The notes below the pieces were generated by a model. It did not search any database, was not told the DNA's origin, and worked only from the letters and a program-made list of their open reading frames with translations. Shown here piece by piece: positions 1 through 8,569 of a stretch of 64,000 nt of DNA (position 1 is the stretch's first letter; each line of letters opens with the position of its first letter). The stretch covers positions 416,001 to 480,000 of the forward strand of contig CAVVLJ010000021.1 in the NCBI GenBank assembly GCA_963749075.1, given 5' to 3'. The DNA comes from an uncultured Pseudomonadota bacterium. GTDB taxonomy: Bacteria > Pseudomonadota > Alphaproteobacteria > JACZXZ01. Both the position numbers and the translations under genes were made by a program.

Positions 1-296
1 ATGAGGAGCTCGGCCACGATCTCGAGCGCCCGCCGGCCCAAGGGCGGCAGCAGATGGGCGACCACGGTCACGCGCATGTGCAGATTGACGCGGTAGCACG
101 CCGCGGCACCGAAGAAGGTGAGCACGATGGCAAGCAGGATCGCCATCGGCTCGGGCCAGGAGGCGGCGTGGTTGAGCACGTAGCGCGTATAGACGCCCCA
201 GGGGATCACCGCGGAGATGAGCACGAGCGAGAGGCCGGAGATGAGGATGCAGAGCAGATAGAGAGCGTCCATCGCCCTGCGCAATGCGCGCGCCAT
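1..296 (-). CDS. TRAP transporter small permease (DctQ-like), runs off the window start
   Basis: Manual translation MARALRRAMDALYLLCILISGLSLVLISAVIPWGVYTRYVLNHAASWPEPMAILLAIVLTFFGAAACYRVNLHMRV is hydrophobic with the DctQ-like W-P-E and H-M-R-V pattern; GAAAGGAGAA RBS; lies downstream of a dctP gene. Confidence 0.85.
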   Translation of the reverse strand, partial: MARALRRAMDALYLLCILISGLSLVLISAVIPWGVYTRYVLNHAASWPEPMAILLAIVLTFFGAAACYRVNLHMRVTVVAHLLPPLGRRALEIVAELL

Positions 297-332
297 CGCC
301 TTCTCCTTTCGCCGGCCCGACGGCCGAGGGTT

Positions 333-450
333 CCCTCACCCGGCTCGCTTGCGCTCGCCGCCCTCTCCCGCAAGCGGGAGAGGGCTAGTAACTCCCTCTC
401 CCGCTTGCGGGAGAGGGGGACCCGCGGCCAAAGGCCGCGGGGGGTGAGGG
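333..450. repeat. REP-like palindromic doublet, family A (CCCTCACCC..CCCTCTCCCGCAAGCGGGAGAGGG / CCCTCTCCCGCTTGCGGGAGAGGG..GGGTGAGGG)
   Basis: Two inverted GC-rich hairpin units in the dctP-dctQ spacer; same architecture recurs elsewhere in the window. Confidence 0.85.
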
Positions 451-464
451 ATAAGCGCCGCCCC

Positions 465-1472
465 CTACTTCACCGCCTCGATGCGCGTGATGAGTGCCGC
501 GTATTTGGCGCCGTACTTGTCCCACACCGGCTTGACCGCCTTCTGGAACGGCGTCTTGTCCGCGATCTGCTCAACGTCGATGTTGGCCGCCTTCATCTTC
601 GCGAAGGCGTCCTTCTCCTTGGCGTCCCAGAGCGTGCGCTCCTCCATCTGCGCCTCGCGGGCGAGCTTCATGATGAGCGACTGGTCGTCCTTGGAGAGAG
701 CGTCCCAGCTCTTGCGCGAGAAGACGAGTATCTCGGGCACGATGAGGTGCTCGGTCAGCGTGTAGTGCTTGGCGACCTGGTAGTGGTTGTCGAACACGTA
801 GCTCGGCGGGTTGTTCTCGGCACCGTCCACGACGCCCGTCTGCAGCGCGCTGAACACCTGGTCGTAGCCCATGGGCACGCCGTTGGCGCCGAGCGCGTTC
901 ATCATGTCGACGAACATGGGGTTGCCCATGACGCGCACCTTGAGGCCCTTCAGGTCCTCGATGCTCTTGATCGGCCTCTTGGTGTCGTAGAGGCTGCGCG
1001 CGCCGGCGTCCATCCAGCACAGGCCCACGAGGTGCGTGTTCGGGTTGTCGGTGACCTTGGCGAGCAGCTCATTGCCGATCTCGCCGTCGATCACCTTGCG
1101 CATGTGCGCCGTGTCGCGGAAGAGGAACGGCAGGTTGAAGACGTTGAGGTCGTCGACCACGGGCCCCAAGGCACCTACGCTCACGCGCGCGATCTGCAGC
1201 GCCCCTACCTGCGCCTGCTCGATCGCCTCCTTCTCGCCGCCGAGCTGCATGGAGGGGTACATCTGGATGCTGAGGCGGCCGCCCGTGGCCGCGGAGAGCT
1301 TCTTCCCCATGTCCTCGACCGCCACCACGGTCGGGTAGCCGGGCGGATGCACGTCGGAGGCCTTGAGCACCATCTTCGCCTGCGCCTCCGCAGGCCCCGC
1401 CGGCAGCGCGGCCGCGACGCCGAGGGCGAGCGCCGCACCGGCCAGCATGAGCACCTTGCGTCTCTCGGTCAT
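465..1472 (-). CDS. dctP: TRAP transporter substrate-binding protein (DctP family)
   Basis: Signal peptide; motifs YPSMQLGGE, DLKGLKVRV, VFSALQTGVVDGAENN. Confidence 0.93.
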   Translation of the reverse strand: MTERRKVLMLAGAALALGVAAALPAGPAEAQAKMVLKASDVHPPGYPTVVAVEDMGKKLSAATGGRLSIQMYPSMQLGGEKEAIEQAQVGALQIARVSVGALGPVVDDLNVFNLPFLFRDTAHMRKVIDGEIGNELLAKVTDNPNTHLVGLCWMDAGARSLYDTKRPIKSIEDLKGLKVRVMGNPMFVDMMNALGANGVPMGYDQVFSALQTGVVDGAENNPPSYVFDNHYQVAKHYTLTEHLIVPEILVFSRKSWDALSKDDQSLIMKLAREAQMEERTLWDAKEKDAFAKMKAANIDVEQIADKTPFQKAVKPVWDKYGAKYAALITRIEAVK

Positions 1473-1634
1473 GTCGTCCTCCCTGTTCGAGCTCGCCGAC
1501 CGCGGATTCTGCCGCGCCGCACGGGCGGAGCCGGATTGACCGCCGTCCCTGAGCCGTGCTACGGTCGAGTCATATTATCACCATATCACAGGATGACCCT
1601 AGCATTGGCCAGGCGCCTTGACAAGCTCGCGGTG

Positions 1635-2414
1635 ATGCGGCCGGTCGTGCCGCAGCGCAACCTCACGCGCGCGATCGCCGAAAGCCTAGCCGCGGAGATC
1701 AAGGGCGGCAAGCTCGAACCGGGTGCGCGGCTGCCGACCGAGCAGGCGATGGTCGCCGCCATGGGGGTGAGCCGCACCGTGGTGCGCGAGGCCGTGGCGG
1801 CGTTGCGCGCCGAGGGACTGGTGGTGACGCGGCAGGGCGCCGGCGCCTTCGTGGCGACCGACATCTGGCGCCGCCCCTTCCGCCTCGCGGGCGGGGAGCA
1901 GCTCGGCGTCGGCCACGTCCTCAATGTCATGGAGCTGCGCGCGAGCGTCGAGGCGGAGGCGGCGGGGCTTGCCGCCGCGCGCGCCACCCCGGCCGCGCGC
2001 CGCCACGTCGCCCGGGCGTTGGCGGCGATCGACGCCGCGATCCGGCGCGGCGAGAGCGCGGTCGACGAGGACTTCGCCTTCCACCGCGCGATCGCGCTCG
2101 CCACCGGCAATCCGCAGTTCTCGCACTTCCTCGAATATCTCGGCCGCTTCATCATCCCGCGCCAGAGCATCCGCATGGCGGCGCACCAGGGGAGCGGCCA
2201 GCGCGCCTACCTCGAGCTCATCCAGCACGAGCACCGCGCCATCTTCGCCGCCATCGCCGCGGGCGAGGCCAAGGCCGCGCGCGAGGCCATGCGCCGGCAC
2301 CTCGCCAACAGCCAGGCGCGCTACCGGCGCTTCGCCGACGGCATGCCGCCGCCGCGGCCGCGCCCGCCCGCCGCGCGCCGTCCGCCGCCCGGCGGCCGGC
2401 CCGCCCACTCATAA
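1635..2414 (+). CDS. GntR/FadR-family transcriptional regulator
   Basis: LPTEQAM..MGVSRTVVREAV HTH and FCD domain (DFAFHRAIA, EHRAIF); start could alternatively be 1593; the long upstream part of ORF 54..2414 is a dctP shadow. Confidence 0.9.
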   Translation: MRPVVPQRNLTRAIAESLAAEIKGGKLEPGARLPTEQAMVAAMGVSRTVVREAVAALRAEGLVVTRQGAGAFVATDIWRRPFRLAGGEQLGVGHVLNVMELRASVEAEAAGLAAARATPAARRHVARALAAIDAAIRRGESAVDEDFAFHRAIALATGNPQFSHFLEYLGRFIIPRQSIRMAAHQGSGQRAYLELIQHEHRAIFAAIAAGEAKAAREAMRRHLANSQARYRRFADGMPPPRPRPPAARRPPPGGRPAHS

Positions 2415-2437
2415 CAGCGCACAGGGAGGATCAAGCC

Positions 2438-3439
2438 ATGGACCGCAGGACGTTCATCAAGGGCAGCATCGGGCTCGGCGCGCTCGCCGGCGCCCCCTAC
2501 GTGGCGCTGGGGCAGACGCCGGTGACGCTGCGCTTCGCGCACTTCGCGGCGGAGGACCATCCCGCCAACATCGCCGCCAAGCAGTTCGCGGCCAAGGTCG
2601 AGGCGCGCACCGGGGGTGCGATCAAGATCGCCATCTTCCCCAACAACGCGCTCGGCTCGCCCGACGAGCAGGCGGAGCAGACGCGCCTCGGCGCCATCGA
2701 CATCTCGGTGCCGACGCAAGGGCAGCTCGACAAGTACGACAAGGCGTTCTCCACGGTGATGCTGCCCTTCATCTACGACAACCTCGAGCACGTCCACCGC
2801 GTGCTCGACGGCCCCGCCATGGCCTGGTTCGCCCCGCTCGCCGAGAAGCAGGGCTTCGTCATCATGGCCAACTGGGAATACGGCTTCCGCAACCTCACCA
2901 ACAACAAGCGCCCGATCAACGGGCCCGACGACGTGAAGGGGCTCAAGATCCGCACGCCGCCGGAGATCGAGCTGCAGGCGACCATGGAGGCGCTCGGCGC
3001 CGTGGTGACCAAGATCTCCTTCCCCGAGCTCTATCTCGCACTCTCCCAGAAGGTCGTCGACGGCGAGGAGAACCCGGTCGCGGTGATCTTCTTCAACAAG
3101 TACTACGAGGTGCAGAACCACCTGGCGCTCACCCGGCACGTCTACAACAGCATGATCAACTGCATGGGCGTCAAGAGCTGGGCCAAGCTCACGCCTCAGC
3201 AGCAGACCATCTTCCGCGAGGAGAGCAAATCCGCGGGCGATCTCATGCGCCGGCTCATGGCCGAGCAGGAGGCCGAGCAGATCAAGAAGCTCGCGGGCTT
3301 CGGCATGAAGATCACGGAGCCCGATCTGGCGCCCTTCCGCGCCAAGATGGAGCCCGCCTACAAGCGCATCGGAGACTATGCCGGCGCGGACAACGTGAAG
3401 AAGTATCTCGCCCTTGTCGCCGAGGCGCGCAAGGCGTAG
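2438..3439 (+). CDS. dctP: TRAP transporter substrate-binding protein (DctP family), Tat-type signal
   Basis: MDRRTFIK twin-arginine signal; GFRNLTNNKRPI, KGLKIRT, VVDGEENP. Confidence 0.93.
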   Translation: MDRRTFIKGSIGLGALAGAPYVALGQTPVTLRFAHFAAEDHPANIAAKQFAAKVEARTGGAIKIAIFPNNALGSPDEQAEQTRLGAIDISVPTQGQLDKYDKAFSTVMLPFIYDNLEHVHRVLDGPAMAWFAPLAEKQGFVIMANWEYGFRNLTNNKRPINGPDDVKGLKIRTPPEIELQATMEALGAVVTKISFPELYLALSQKVVDGEENPVAVIFFNKYYEVQNHLALTRHVYNSMINCMGVKSWAKLTPQQQTIFREESKSAGDLMRRLMAEQEAEQIKKLAGFGMKITEPDLAPFRAKMEPAYKRIGDYAGADNVKKYLALVAEARKA

Positions 3440-3499
3440 GGCAGTGCGGCGGCGCGCGCCGCCGGACGAGCGAGAGGGCCGCAAGCGGAGTGCCGCCAA

Positions 3500-4786
3500 G
3501 TGATCATCGCGCTCATCTTCGCGGCCCTCGTGCTTCTCATCGTGCTCGGGCTCCCCATCGCGGTCGCCATGGGGATCACGACGATCGCCGCCATGCTGGC
3601 GCTCGGCGACACGCAGCTCCTCGTCGTCGTGCCGCAGCGCATCTATTCCGCCACCACGGCGTTCCCGCTGCTCGCCATCCCGTTCTTCATCTTCGCCGGC
3701 AACCTGATGAACACCGGCGGCATGACCGACCGCATCTTCCGCCTGGCGCGCGCTTGCGTCGGCCACATCAAGGGCGGGCTCGGCCACGTCAACGTGGTGG
3801 CCTCGATGATCTTCTCCGGCATGTCGGGTGCGGCGCTGGCCAACGCCATGGGGGTCGGCGTCGTCACCATCAACGCGATGGAGAAGGGCGGCTACGACCG
3901 CCGCTTCGCCGCGGCGATCAGCGCTGCGTCCGCCACCATCGGACCGGTGATCCCGCCCTCGATCCCCTTGGTGATCTTCGGCGCCATCACCGGCGTCTCG
4001 GTCGGGCGCCTCTTCCTCGGCGGCGTGGTGCCGGGCCTCATCATGGGCCTCGTGCTGATGGCGGTCGTCTACATCGTGGCCCACCGCCGGGGCTATCCCA
4101 GGGAGCCGCGCGCCACGCTCGCCGAATTCTGGCAGGGCCTGGTCGCGGGCGTCCTGGCGCTCGCCATGCCGGTCATGGTGGTGGGCGGCATCCTCTCCGG
4201 CGCCTTCACGCCGACCGAGGCCTCGGTCGTGGCCTCGCTCTACGCCCTCCTCCTCGGCATCTTCGTCTACCGCGAGATCGGCTGGCGCTCGCTCGGCCGC
4301 GTCATCTGGGAATCGGTCGATCAGACCATCCGCGTCATGTTCATCATCGCGACCGCGGGCGTCTTCGGCTGGTACCTCGTCTATCTCGGCGCCCCCGACA
4401 AGATCATCCACGGGCTCCTCGCCTTTTCCCAGGACCCCTGGATGGTGCTGACCATCATCAACCTGGTGCTGCTCGTGCTGGGCTGTTTCATGGAGGGCAC
4501 GGCGATCATGCTGCTCACCGTCCCGGTGCTCATGCCGGTGATCGCCAAGGTCGGCATCGACCCGGTGCATTTCGGCGTCATGATGACGCTCAACCTCATG
4601 ATCGGCATGCTCACCCCGCCCGTCGGCATGGTGCTCTATGCCATCTCGAGCGTCGGCAAGGTGCCGGTCTGGCGCCTCGCGCACGAGCTCATCCCCTATA
4701 TCGCGGCGCTCATGGTGGCGCTCGCCATCGTCAGCTACGTGCCGGAGGTCGTGGTGTGGCTGCCCAACCTGCTGATGGGCCGCTGA
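3500..4786 (+). CDS. dctM: TRAP transporter large permease (DctM)
   Basis: LLAIPFFIFAGNLM, FSGMSG, IPPSIP, FTPTEA, GIDPVHFG, TPPVG. Confidence 0.95.
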   Translation: MIIALIFAALVLLIVLGLPIAVAMGITTIAAMLALGDTQLLVVVPQRIYSATTAFPLLAIPFFIFAGNLMNTGGMTDRIFRLARACVGHIKGGLGHVNVVASMIFSGMSGAALANAMGVGVVTINAMEKGGYDRRFAAAISAASATIGPVIPPSIPLVIFGAITGVSVGRLFLGGVVPGLIMGLVLMAVVYIVAHRRGYPREPRATLAEFWQGLVAGVLALAMPVMVVGGILSGAFTPTEASVVASLYALLLGIFVYREIGWRSLGRVIWESVDQTIRVMFIIATAGVFGWYLVYLGAPDKIIHGLLAFSQDPWMVLTIINLVLLVLGCFMEGTAIMLLTVPVLMPVIAKVGIDPVHFGVMMTLNLMIGMLTPPVGMVLYAISSVGKVPVWRLAHELIPYIAALMVALAIVSYVPEVVVWLPNLLMGR

Positions 4787-5265
4787 TGCTGGCGCGGCTC
4801 GAGCGCGGCTTCGGCATGCTCTTGCGGCTGATCGCCGCCGGGAGCTTCGTGGTGCTGCTCCTCCTCGTCGCCTTCATCGTCGCGGTGCGCGAGTTCCCTT
4901 ACGTGTCGAGCGGCTGGACGGACGAGCTCGTCGAGCTCGCCTTCGCCTGGATGATCTTCGTCGGCAGCGCGGCGCTCGTGCGCGAGCGCCTGCATTTCCG
5001 CGCCGACATGGTCCTCATCGCCCTCAAGGGCACGCGCGCGGGGCGCCTCCTCGACCTCGCCCTCAAGGCGCTCTCGGTCGTCTTCTTCGCCGCCTTCACG
5101 CTGCTCTCGTGGGATCTCGCGGCCTCGGCGACCAACACCTCGCCCGAGCTCGACCTGCCGCGCGTGCTGTGGTACGGCGTCATGCCGGTCTCGGGGGCGA
5201 TCATGCTGGCCTATGGCTTGCGCGATCTCTTCGAGCGGGAGCGAGGACGCCATGACGGAGACTGA
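4786..5265 (+). CDS. dctQ: TRAP transporter small permease (DctQ)
   Basis: C-terminal part of ORF 1924..5265 starting MLARLERGF; WTDEL..WMIFVGSA..HFRAD; TGATG overlap with dctM. Confidence 0.85.
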   Translation: MLARLERGFGMLLRLIAAGSFVVLLLLVAFIVAVREFPYVSSGWTDELVELAFAWMIFVGSAALVRERLHFRADMVLIALKGTRAGRLLDLALKALSVVFFAAFTLLSWDLAASATNTSPELDLPRVLWYGVMPVSGAIMLAYGLRDLFERERGRHDGD

Positions 5266-6100
5266 TGCCACCATCGCGGAGCGCATTGCTGCCTACCGCC
5301 GCCTCTTCGATCTCTCCGGCAAGACGGCGCTCGTGCTGGGTGCTGCCTCCGGCATCGGCAAGGCCTCGGCCGAGGCGCTCGCCGCCCTCGGCGCCACGGT
5401 CATCGCGGCGGACCGGGACAAGGCGGGCCTCGAGGCGACCGCGGCCGAGCTCAGGGGCCGCGGCGGCGGCGAGGCCCATGTGGTCGACGCCGGCAGCGCT
5501 GGCGACATCGCCGCCCTTGCCGCCGCCATCAAGGCCCGCCACGCGCGGCTCGACATCGCCTTCACCACGCCAGCCGTGCACGTCCGCAAGCCCATGCTCG
5601 ACTACGAGGATGCGGAGTACGACCGCGTGGCCGACCTCAACCTGCGCGGCACCTTCTATTTCCTCCGCGCCTTCGGCCGCATGATGTGCGCGCAAGGCGG
5701 CGGCAGCCTGATCGCGAGCTCGTCGGTGCGCGCGACCACCCTCGAGCCCGGCCTCGCCATCTATGGCGCCACCAAGGCCGGCATCATCCAGATGGTGCGC
5801 GGGCTCGCCTCCGAGGTCGGGAGCTTCGGCGTGCGCGTCAACGCCATCGTGCCGAGCATCGTCGAGACGCCGCTCGTGGCGCCGCTCAAGGTGCTGCCCG
5901 GGATCTTCGCCAAGCTCGCCGCCCATACGGTTTTCCAGCGCTGGAGCCGGCCGAGCGAGGTCGCGGCGGCCGTGGCCTTCCTCGCCTCGGACGCCGCGAG
6001 CTACGTCACCGGCAGCGCCCTTCTCGTCGACGGCGGCTGGACCGCCATCGACGGCCCGCCCTCGGGCCTCACCTCGACGCATGCGGCGATGCCTCCATGA
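5252..6100 (+). CDS. SDR-family NAD(P)-dependent oxidoreductase
   Basis: GAASGIG, YGATK, VRVNAIVP, YVTGSALLVDGG. Confidence 0.92.
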   Translation: MTETDATIAERIAAYRRLFDLSGKTALVLGAASGIGKASAEALAALGATVIAADRDKAGLEATAAELRGRGGGEAHVVDAGSAGDIAALAAAIKARHARLDIAFTTPAVHVRKPMLDYEDAEYDRVADLNLRGTFYFLRAFGRMMCAQGGGSLIASSSVRATTLEPGLAIYGATKAGIIQMVRGLASEVGSFGVRVNAIVPSIVETPLVAPLKVLPGIFAKLAAHTVFQRWSRPSEVAAAVAFLASDAASYVTGSALLVDGGWTAIDGPPSGLTSTHAAMPP

Positions 6101-6116
6101 TGAAGGAAGTGCCGGC

Positions 6117-6365
6117 ATGATGAAGGACGTGCCGGTCCGGCTCGAGGACATCTATGTGCCGGCGGCGCTGCGCAAGGCGCTCGACCTCAAGAAGGTCGAG
6201 GCCATCGCCGAAAGCATCATCGAGCACGGCCAGCAGAGCCCGATCCAAGTACGCCGCGACAAGGAGCGCTATGTCCTGGTGACCGGGCTCCACCGCCTCG
6301 AAGCGCTGCGCCTCTTGGGCGAGGAGACGGTTCTGGCGCTCATCGTGAGCGCGCGGCAGCACTGA
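6117..6365 (+). CDS. Small stand-alone ParB/Srx N-terminal domain protein (82 aa)
   Basis: KVEAIAESIIEHGQQSPIQV..YVLVTGLHRLEA matches the ParBc G..R motif. Confidence 0.8.
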   Translation: MMKDVPVRLEDIYVPAALRKALDLKKVEAIAESIIEHGQQSPIQVRRDKERYVLVTGLHRLEALRLLGEETVLALIVSARQH

Positions 6366-6462
6366 GCGGGGGGCCTCGGCCTCCTCGCGGGACGCGGGCG
6401 TCCCACAAGAGGCCGAGAGTGCGCGCCTTGCCCGTCGAAATCGTGCTGGCCCGATGAATGCG

Positions 6463-6867
6463 TCAGGCCAGGTCCGCCTCGCAAGACTGGCAGCGCTCTA
6501 TCTCCAGAAGGCGATCGAACATCTCGGCGTTCGGGCAAAAGTCCTTATATCCGCCGTCCTCCCTGTCCGCGGCGAGCCATTGCCGGCAAGACTGGCGCCG
6601 CGAGCAATCGATGCAATTCAAATAAAGCTCGAGGCGTGCTGCGGCCTTCAGGGGAGCGGCGTCCGAATCGAGGCCGACGCGCGCCAGCATGCCGTCGAAT
6701 TCCTCGACGGCGCTCAGGGACACCTCGGCCAGGCGCGCCATCTGTTCGGGCCTCGCATCGGTATCCCTGGTCAGGGATAGCTTGTCCAGCCGGCTCCCGG
6801 CCGCGTCCATGATTCGGCGCTGACGCCAGTCGTAGAGCACCGCTTTCCACTTCGGGATATTGCCCAT
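6463..6867 (-). CDS. Small Cys-rich protein, DUF6455-like
   Basis: MLARVGLD..CIDC....CRQWL......FCPNA pattern; GGAGG RBS; FNR box upstream. Confidence 0.7.
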   Translation of the reverse strand: MGNIPKWKAVLYDWRQRRIMDAAGSRLDKLSLTRDTDARPEQMARLAEVSLSAVEEFDGMLARVGLDSDAAPLKAAARLELYLNCIDCSRRQSCRQWLAADREDGGYKDFCPNAEMFDRLLEIERCQSCEADLA

Positions 6868-6927
6868 TTTCCTGCCTCCGGCATTCCTCCAGCAGGGACA
6901 GACTGCACGGGAAGGCTCGGCTCGGTT

Positions 6928-6941
6928 TTGATTTGGATCAA
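6928..6941. promoter_or_regulatory. FNR/FixK-type box
   Basis: TTGAT-TTGG-ATCAA, a perfect TTGAT-N4-ATCAA, upstream of the minus-strand gene starting at 6867. Confidence 0.85.
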
Positions 6942-6986
6942 CTCGAAACGGGCCGGCTGCCGCCGGGACGGCCGAGCGTGCCGCTC

Positions 6987-7000
6987 TTGATATGGATCAA
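6987..7000. promoter_or_regulatory. FNR/FixK-type box
   Basis: TTGAT-ATGG-ATCAA, perfect consensus, upstream of the gene starting at 7060. Confidence 0.85.
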
Positions 7001-7059
7001 AGCGCGATCGGCCTCGGACGGTTAACTATCATCGGCCCAATTCCAAGGGAGCGAGTGGC

Positions 7060-7557
7060 ATGCAAGCCTCGTTTGCTGCAAAGGAGCAGGCCGCCGGCGC
7101 TGCGCGGCCGAGGACGCTTGCAGCGCGGCTGGGTGGATTCGTCGCTCATTATGCGCGGGGAGCGCTCGGCTGCGTCGCCGCCTGGCGGGAGCGCCGCACG
7201 CTCGCGCGCGAGCTCGCGAGCCTGGATGACCGGGAGCTTTCGGATGTCGGCCTGATGCGCTATCAAATCCCGCTCTTCGTGAAAGCGCACCCGAGCGCGG
7301 AACGCCTGCTGGCCGAGATGCTCGCGCGGCTCGGGCTAGCTGTCGACGAGCAGCTCGGCAATCGCTTGATGCACGGCGATGTTTACCGCAATTGTGCGCT
7401 GTGCAGGGAGCACGGTCGTTGCCGCCGCTGGCTCAAGGCAGCGGGCGCCGTCGCGGCCGCACCGGCATTTTGTCCGAATGCCTGGACGTTCAGGCAATTG
7501 CTCGAGGCCAGGCGGACAAATAGCCAAGCCGTATCGAGCCCTTCCCAAGGCAATTGA
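7060..7557 (+). CDS. DUF1127-like plus DUF6455-like fusion protein
   Basis: WRERRTLARELASLDDRELSDVGL (DUF1127 signature) followed by MLARLGL..CALC....CRRWL...FCPNA. Confidence 0.75.
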   Translation: MQASFAAKEQAAGAARPRTLAARLGGFVAHYARGALGCVAAWRERRTLARELASLDDRELSDVGLMRYQIPLFVKAHPSAERLLAEMLARLGLAVDEQLGNRLMHGDVYRNCALCREHGRCRRWLKAAGAVAAAPAFCPNAWTFRQLLEARRTNSQAVSSPSQGN

Positions 7558-7596
7558 GCCCGGCCTCGCCATGCCTCGCGCGTCTGTCGCGTGAGC

Positions 7597-8274
7597 TTAC
7601 GCAAGCGCGATCGGCCGCTCCGGGAAGGCGAGTTGCTCGCGGTCGCGCCAATCCGGCCGGACGTAATTGATTTCCATGAGGCGGCGGACGCCGACGATCG
7701 GGCGCGGATCGAAGCCGTGCCAGGTCGCCGGCCCGGGAACGAATATGACGCCGCTGTTGAACTCTCCCGAAGACCGGCCGATCCAGCGGCGCTCCGCGTC
7801 GTAGATGTCGGTGCCCCAGTCCTTGGCGTCGGGGCCGGTGCAGAGATAGACGACCATCGAGAACAGCTTTTCCGGAATGTCGCGGTGCGGCTCGAGCCAG
7901 GCGCCGTCGGTGTCCTGAATGTATTCCATCCTGAGAAAGCCGCCCTCGGCGGGAATCTCGCAGGTCTCCGCCATCAGCCGCGCGACCTCCGGGCGCTGCA
8001 AGGCATCGGAAAGCACCGCGCAGGTCGGGAACTTCGAGCGCAGCAACGGCGTGATGAAAGAGCGCTGTTCGTTGTAGGTGTTGCGCGTCCCATCGGTCTT
8101 GCCAAGCTGGGGCGGAGCGATCGGCAGCGTGAGGACGCCGGTGCAGAGTGTCTCCGGGAGCACGTTGGCCAGTTTCCAATGGCGATAGGGCCGGTCGTCG
8201 CGGCGCGCGCGGCGCACGGCTTGGCTGAAATGGCGGGCCACCTCGGCCTCGTCGGGGATCGGCGGATAGGCCAT
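7597..8274 (-). CDS. 2OG-Fe(II) oxygenase-like protein
   Basis: WLEPHRD (HxD) ...TWHGF (distal His) ...RRLMEINYV; RBS GAAGAGGAG before ATG 8274. Confidence 0.8.
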   Translation of the reverse strand: MAYPPIPDEAEVARHFSQAVRRARRDDRPYRHWKLANVLPETLCTGVLTLPIAPPQLGKTDGTRNTYNEQRSFITPLLRSKFPTCAVLSDALQRPEVARLMAETCEIPAEGGFLRMEYIQDTDGAWLEPHRDIPEKLFSMVVYLCTGPDAKDWGTDIYDAERRWIGRSSGEFNSGVIFVPGPATWHGFDPRPIVGVRRLMEINYVRPDWRDREQLAFPERPIALA

Positions 8275-8358
8275 GGCTCGTCTCCTCTTCCGCGTTGGCT
8301 CTTGGCACGCCCGCCGTGCCCGCTCCATCCACATCCGCCGGAACGCCAAAGGCCGGCA

Positions 8359-8372
8359 TTGATCTGGATCAA
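8359..8372. promoter_or_regulatory. FNR/FixK-type box
   Basis: TTGAT-CTGG-ATCAA, perfect consensus, upstream of the oxygenase gene. Confidence 0.8.
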
Positions 8373-8569
8373 AAACGCCGGCTGGCAGCGCTGCGGCAAA
8401 TGCGCCGACCGGCCGGTCGCCCCGATAGCCGCGCGGTCAGCCGCCCCGAATTGCCGCGCGGGCGATTTGGTCGAATGAGCTGTTCGGGAAACGGCCGCAT
8501 GGCTTCGGGAGGAGCTTTCGCGCAAACCCATACGCGGTAAGATGACCGCTCCAGCGACGGAGTGCCGCG

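Noticed and set aside
54-1634. Long N-terminal extension of ORF 54..2414, and ORFs 1924..4785 and 2321..4684
   Set aside because: Shadow frames of GC-rich dctP/dctM genes; only the C-terminal GntR and DctQ parts have family motifs
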